Sequence record: MH271298.1
Origin: Microbacterium phage Floof
DNA length: 24,000 nucleotides
Reading direction: 5' to 3' (one strand)
Shown here: piece by piece, positions 23,148-24,000 of the stretch
How positions within the stretch are numbered: position 1 is the first letter of the stretch
How the letters are laid out: each line of letters opens with the position of its first letter
Notes under the pieces: model-generated
Databases searched by the model: none
What the model was told of the DNA's origin: nothing
Seen by the model: only the letters and a program-made list of their open reading frames with translations
Position numbers and translations under genes: made by a program

Positions 23148-23221
23148 GCGCCGTTGGGCTAATCGGCAAGCCACCCGCCTATGGCGCGGGAAACATCCAG
23201 GTTCGAGTCCTGGACGGTGCG
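23148..23221 (+). tRNA. tRNA with apparent anticodon ATG (isotype uncertain)
   Basis: GCGCCGT/ACGGTGC acceptor, GGCT/AGCC D-stem, CCCGC-CTATGGC-GCGGG anticodon arm, CCAGG-TTCGAGT-CCTGG T-arm; 6-nt variable loop. Confidence 0.75.
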
Positions 23222-23225
23222 CGTA

Positions 23226-23295
23226 GGGGAAGATGCCGGTTCGAGTCCGGCCCGCCCGACCACGTCGGGGGGTAGCTCAAAGGTAGAGCGTCCCC
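23226..23295 (+). tRNA. candidate circularly permuted tRNA (3' half upstream of 5' half)
   Basis: 3' half 23226-23262: GGGGA-AGAT-GCCGG-TTCGAGT-CCGGC-CCGCCCG-A-CCA. 5' half 23266-23295: CGGGGGG-TA-GCTC-AAAGGTA-GAGC-G-TCCCC. TCCCC pairs perfectly with GGGGA; acceptor strands pair 6/7. Confidence 0.6.
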
Positions 23296-23301
23296 GTGCT
23301 T

Positions 23302-23370
23302 CTCGCGTTACACACGGCGCGAGCGGTGGCGGCTGTATGACAACCGAGTCATGCAGCTTGGCCACCCCCC
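23302..23370 (+). ncRNA. structured RNA segment downstream of the tRNA 5' half
   Basis: CTCGCG...CGCGAG hairpin (23302-23323); GGTGGC-G-GCTGTATGAC-AACCGA-GTCATGCAGC-TTG-GCCACC (23325-23366). Confidence 0.4.
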
Positions 23371-23539
23371 ATTTCAAAAGACCCCGCCCCCGGTCGAGCT
23401 ACTCCCGAGGGCGGGGCCACCACCAACTACTCCCCGCCCCGTGTTCGAGAAGCCACCCCCCATCTCCACGAGGCCGCCCCCGGATCAAGCCAGCCGCTTG
23501 TTCACGGGGGCTTTTCTGTACCCGCAAGGAGGCCGCCCC

Positions 23540-23842
23540 ATGGGATGGGAGACCAGCACCCGCAAGGACGAGCTGCCCTACGACTGGCAGACCCGGCGTG
23601 TCCGTGTGCTCCGGCGCGACGGCTACCGATGCCAGGCCCGTGACTCACAGGCCCGACTGTGTGGCCGTCCTGCCAACCAGGTGGACCACATCGTGCGCGG
23701 CGACAACCACGACGAGGACAACCTGCAAGCGCTCTGCCGCTGGCACCACGACCGCAAGAGCAGCGCTGAGGGTCATGAGGCTCAGAAGCCGCGACTCAAG
23801 CAAGCACGCGAACCCGAGCCGCACCCAGCGTTCCGTCGCTGA
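23540..23842 (+). CDS. HNH endonuclease
   Basis: RRVRVLRRDGYRCQARDSQARLCGRPANQVDHIVRGDNHDEDNLQALCRWHHDRKSS; AAGGAGG RBS. Confidence 0.9.
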   Translation: MGWETSTRKDELPYDWQTRRVRVLRRDGYRCQARDSQARLCGRPANQVDHIVRGDNHDEDNLQALCRWHHDRKSSAEGHEAQKPRLKQAREPEPHPAFRR

Positions 23843-24000
23843 CCGAGGGGGTATCCCCGGCAGCTCCGGCGCAGCCCTCCAGCTCATCCCCGGCGAACGC
23901 CGAGTGAGTGCGCGGCGCAGCTCGCCGACGCCCGCCGACGACGACGCCCCCCTGGGGAGGGACTCCCCCGCCCCCGTGAGCTTCCCGCCCGGAGGGGCAT

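Noticed and set aside
23235-23262. tRNA 3' half as an attP/attB identity segment
   Set aside because: Tyrosine integrases commonly leave tRNA 3' ends in attP, but this phage has a serine integrase, and the adjacent complementary 5' half with perfect anticodon-stem pairing is not explained by this.
1-24000. CRISPR array or transposon
   Set aside because: No regularly spaced direct repeats and no transposase or terminal inverted repeats were seen by reading.

Overview
High-GC, fully + strand-coded actinobacteriophage (probably Streptomyces, temperate, phiC31-like layout) replication/early region with a right-hand tRNA/HNH segment. Supported genes: NrdH/glutaredoxin-like protein, PD-(D/E)XK resolvase-like nuclease, primase/D5-type helicase, family A DNA polymerase, divergent sigma70-like protein, SprT-like metallopeptidase, DUF2637-like membrane protein with a C-terminal HTH, large serine integrase, metallophosphoesterase, RtcB RNA ligase, HNH nuclease and many small unknown ORFs. 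Main observations: (1) at 23226-23295 the 3' half of a tRNA (anticodon-stem 3' strand, T-arm, acceptor, CCA) lies immediately upstream of a tRNA 5' half (acceptor, D-arm, anticodon-stem 5' strand). The halves complement each other, giving a candidate circularly permuted tRNA gene in a phage that also encodes an RtcB ligase. (2) Two separate dispersed cis-element families. One is a CGCAAGG-N-CTTGCG operator-like palindrome fused to TTGCGC-N17-TATAGT-type promoters, three of which give essentially leaderless genes. The other is GGGCA-N15-GCGCACTCCTC (with a 10-bp phased extra half-site), found after terminators and before replication operons and tRNAs. A phage-encoded sigma-like protein is a candidate reader. 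All assignments are from reading the sequence only; no searches or folding programs were run.
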